A stretch of DNA of 62,056 nt from NCBI GenBank assembly GCA_017635565.1, contig JAGBLE010000013.1:1-62056 (forward strand), given 5' to 3'. The stretch's first letter is position 1. The number at the start of each line of letters is the position of its first letter. Source of the DNA: Bacilli bacterium. Lineage in GTDB: Bacteria > Bacillota_I > Bacilli_A > RFN20 > CAG-826. Positions 59,412-62,056 of this stretch are shown in pieces. Both the position numbers and the translations under genes were made by a program. Under the pieces are notes generated by a model. The model worked only from the letters and a program-made list of their open reading frames with translations, did not search any database and was not told the DNA's origin.

Positions 59412-61043
59412 TTATTTAACTAATCCCTTCCATTTACTACTGATATATTCGTATTGACCATCAAAGTAGGCTTTTGCGGTCGGATTTGAAATATTAGCGC
59501 TTCCAAAATACATAAATGGGTGTCTGAAAACATTTCCATTAGGACCACCAATTCTTGTATTCCAAATGAAGTGATATGCATTAAAAACATCAAGATTATT
59601 GTTAACCAAAGTATTTGAACTATATGGATAAACAATATCTGAATTTTTCTTTAAATCAATTAATGAACGAGCATAAGTTGATAAGTGGGCTTGATCTTCT
59701 TCTGCAATATCGTAATTTAATGGTCGAGTAATCGATGTGTCAGCGGTAAATTTAGAAAGCATCTTATCGGTGTGTAAGAATTTCATAAATTCAAACGCTA
59801 ATTTCTTTTGCTGACTGTTTTTAGAAACAATTCCAAAAGATTGAGATAAAGACAAATAGGTGTGTTTATAATTCATTGCAGCAGCGACTTCTGAGTTTTC
59901 GAAAGGAATAGGCATAATCGCATAATTGGTTTTTTCACCATATGTCTTTTCATAGTTAGCAATAGCGTTTCTAGCTTCGTTTTCCCACCAAGAACCCTCA
60001 CAAATCATCGCGATTGGTTTTTCAGAAACTTGTTTACTATTGACGAATGTTTGTTGAGCAACGGTATGGGAAGGATCGTTAACTCTATTTTCGGCGTGTG
60101 ACAATAAAATATCTTCGACGAATTTGAGTGTTTTATATCTGCCTTCTTGTTTGGTTAACATATAAGCATTATCATCAGTAATGGTGACTGGATCTAATTT
60201 AGTAACGGTTCCATTAGAATCAACATTGATTAAATTAGTAGCGGTTCCATCAAAAGTAAAATTAAGCATCATTTGGTCATGTCCTTCAACGTGACCCACA
60301 AAGTTATATAAATAGTTAGCAGTATATTCAATACCTGCTGTTGAAGTGATAAAAGGAGTAATATTACTATTTCTCATTTCATACATTAAATTAGCGAATT
60401 CTTCAAAAGTAGCAGGTAAACCATCATCTAAAGTTCCTGGAATGTTATCGCTTCCAACGCTTAAATTTCCTTCTTTGTTGGTAAATCCACCATCACTAGA
60501 TATATATAAACTTCTTTCATTCCATAAATTAACGTCATAGACTAATCCATAAAATGAATCATAGAATGGAACGGCATATAACTCGTTATTGACTGTTAAA
60601 TAATCGAGGAATGATTCATCAATTTTGTCTTTAATTGAACGAGTTTCACCATAAGCGGTCAATTTTTCGTTCATCATTTCAGTTAATGGTAAAAGTTTTC
60701 CTCTATTGATGACTTCGTTATATGGAATGCCTTCAGTGAAATAGATGTCTTTGTTTAATGTTGAGCGCATGATGTAATCACCATCATATTGGGTTGAGCC
60801 AGTAACGTGAACTTTGACACCTTTTCTTCCTGGTTGGAATTCTTCAGAATCTTTATATAATTCTTCAAAAGCTGCGGCAGCGTTAGTTAACCAGGTAGTT
60901 CCGATACCTTTATCCAATGTACCAATATGCAAGTTGGCTTTATTTGGGTCATCATCCGCTCCAGCTTTTTTTCCACCACAACCACTAAGAGCAGTGCTAA
61001 TCAAAGCAATTGAAGATAAGGTTAATAAAAATTTTGATTTCAT
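59412..61043 (-). CDS. Carbohydrate-binding extracellular solute-binding lipoprotein
   Basis: Lipobox LSGC; YAVPFY...GLVYD, PATFEEF and AMICEGSWWENE motifs; start moved to ATG 61043. Confidence 0.88.
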   Translation of the reverse strand: MKSKFLLTLSSIALISTALSGCGGKKAGADDDPNKANLHIGTLDKGIGTTWLTNAAAAFEELYKDSEEFQPGRKGVKVHVTGSTQYDGDYIMRSTLNKDIYFTEGIPYNEVINRGKLLPLTEMMNEKLTAYGETRSIKDKIDESFLDYLTVNNELYAVPFYDSFYGLVYDVNLWNERSLYISSDGGFTNKEGNLSVGSDNIPGTLDDGLPATFEEFANLMYEMRNSNITPFITSTAGIEYTANYLYNFVGHVEGHDQMMLNFTFDGTATNLINVDSNGTVTKLDPVTITDDNAYMLTKQEGRYKTLKFVEDILLSHAENRVNDPSHTVAQQTFVNSKQVSEKPIAMICEGSWWENEARNAIANYEKTYGEKTNYAIMPIPFENSEVAAAMNYKHTYLSLSQSFGIVSKNSQQKKLAFEFMKFLHTDKMLSKFTADTSITRPLNYDIAEEDQAHLSTYARSLIDLKKNSDIVYPYSSNTLVNNNLDVFNAYHFIWNTRIGGPNGNVFRHPFMYFGSANISNPTAKAYFDGQYEYISSKWKGLVK

Positions 61044-61049
61044 ATTCAA

Positions 61050-62056
61050 TTATTTCTCCTTTGTATATTTATATTTTTTAATGATTAAGATTGATGCCAT
61101 TAATATGGCAAGTGATGACAATAAAATTGAAGATGATAATATTGTACCACCACACCCATTATTTGTAGGTGCCTCATGCTTTTGGATTTTATAGGTTTCT
61201 AAATAAGCGTTTAAGATACGGTTAACTTCTTCTATAGATGTTGCTTTTTCAACATCGTCCATCGCTTTAACGGTCGCTTCGTTAAAGGCACTTAATTCTT
61301 CACCACTATATTGGTCATTTTCCATAACGGCTGCGTAGTGATTTCTTATTTCATCTTCGGCGTTTTCTTTAGCGTCATCTAATTCTTCTTTTTCATATTG
61401 AGCCTTTGTTTTTAAAGAATCGATTTTGACTTTTAAATCAATGACAACACTATTTATTTCTTCTTGATTAGTCGCTTGATTAATCAATTCAATCGCAGAA
61501 GTTTTAAGTGAAGCGATATCGTTTTGTTCATCTTGACGATAAGAATCTAATTCATCTTCTTTATATTGATTAACTTCATTAATTGCAACATCTTTAATCT
61601 TGTCTAATGTAGTCTTCACATTGTCAACATCGTTTTTCGTAGCAATGAGTAAAGAATTGACTTCTTCTTTTGTTGTTGCTGCTTTAATTTCATTTATAGC
61701 ATTAGCAATAATAGTTTGAATTTGAGTATATTCTTCCTCATCATAATTGTCTTTATTAACATAATGATTTAATTCAGTTTCAGCGTTTATTTTTAAATCA
61801 TCTAATGAAAGATTTAATACCCAGCTATTGCTACTTGAATTAAAGAGGAAAACACTTTTGGAAATATTAAATCCAAATTTGGTTTCGTGATCCATATCAA
61901 ATCCTGAAAACGCACCATTAATGACAATTTGATCTCCATCTTTAATATCATTAACTAAACTATTGATGTCAACAGAATAATTTTCAGAATCGTATTTCTT
62001 AATTAAAGGTAAAGAAGGATTTGCCACTGGCGTTTCAGTATTATCTCTAATTAAAG
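61050..62056 (-). CDS. C-terminal part of a large membrane-anchored surface protein (start lies outside the window)
   Basis: Frame open to the window edge; three helical A..EI..A...EEV repeats (DUF1542/GA-like); ends GCGG + TM + basic tail. Confidence 0.8.
   Translation of the reverse strand, partial: LIRDNTETPVANPSLPLIKKYDSENYSVDINSLVNDIKDGDQIVINGAFSGFDMDHETKFGFNISKSVFLFNSSSNSWVLNLSLDDLKINAETELNHYVNKDNYDEEEYTQIQTIIANAINEIKAATTKEEVNSLLIATKNDVDNVKTTLDKIKDVAINEVNQYKEDELDSYRQDEQNDIASLKTSAIELINQATNQEEINSVVIDLKVKIDSLKTKAQYEKEELDDAKENAEDEIRNHYAAVMENDQYSGEELSAFNEATVKAMDDVEKATSIEEVNRILNAYLETYKIQKHEAPTNNGCGGTILSSSILLSSLAILMASILIIKKYKYTKEK

Noticed and set aside
939-61194. Numerous 60-173 aa ORFs antisense to or nested in long genes (e.g. 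50864..51385, 30194..30556, 21449..21811, 29982..30179)
   Set aside because: They overlap well-supported genes, lack RBS and motifs, and look like shadow frames.
1-62056. Mycoplasma genetic code (TGA=Trp), rRNA/tRNA genes, IS elements or prophage
   Set aside because: All long genes are intact under the standard code; intergenic spaces are short with no cloverleaf seen; no transposase, integrase or phage ORFs recognised.

Overview
AT-rich, gene-dense bacterial window using the standard code (no long ORF needs TGA=Trp). Gene content (ClpB lacking its N-domain under CIRCE, MalK-type ATPase with a large insert, PFOR, many acidic lipoproteins) suggests an anaerobic, host-associated, reduced-genome member of Bacilli; this is inference. 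In window order: uvrA-lgt-ppaX-trxB-rapZ; nifJ preceded by a Rex-like winged-helix gene; aquaporin, PAP2 and cysK; a four-lipoprotein cluster; thioesterase; clpB (CIRCE) back-to-back with csoR-copA; a pckA + Na+-pumping oxaloacetate decarboxylase + birA operon with bioY; a glycosyltransferase/sulfotransferase/flippase cluster; a HAMP-HD-GYP sensor divergent from a solute-binding lipoprotein; ttcA; a VUT (queuosine-precursor transporter)-amidase fusion; a Na/Pi cotransporter; and a carbohydrate-utilisation locus running off the right edge. Best novelty candidate: the VUT-amidase fusion, whose whole predicted 5' UTR looks like an atypical preQ1-I riboswitch, suggesting an undescribed 7-deazaguanine salvage step. 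No rRNA, tRNA, CRISPR or transposase was seen. All calls come from reading motifs by eye; no searches were run.
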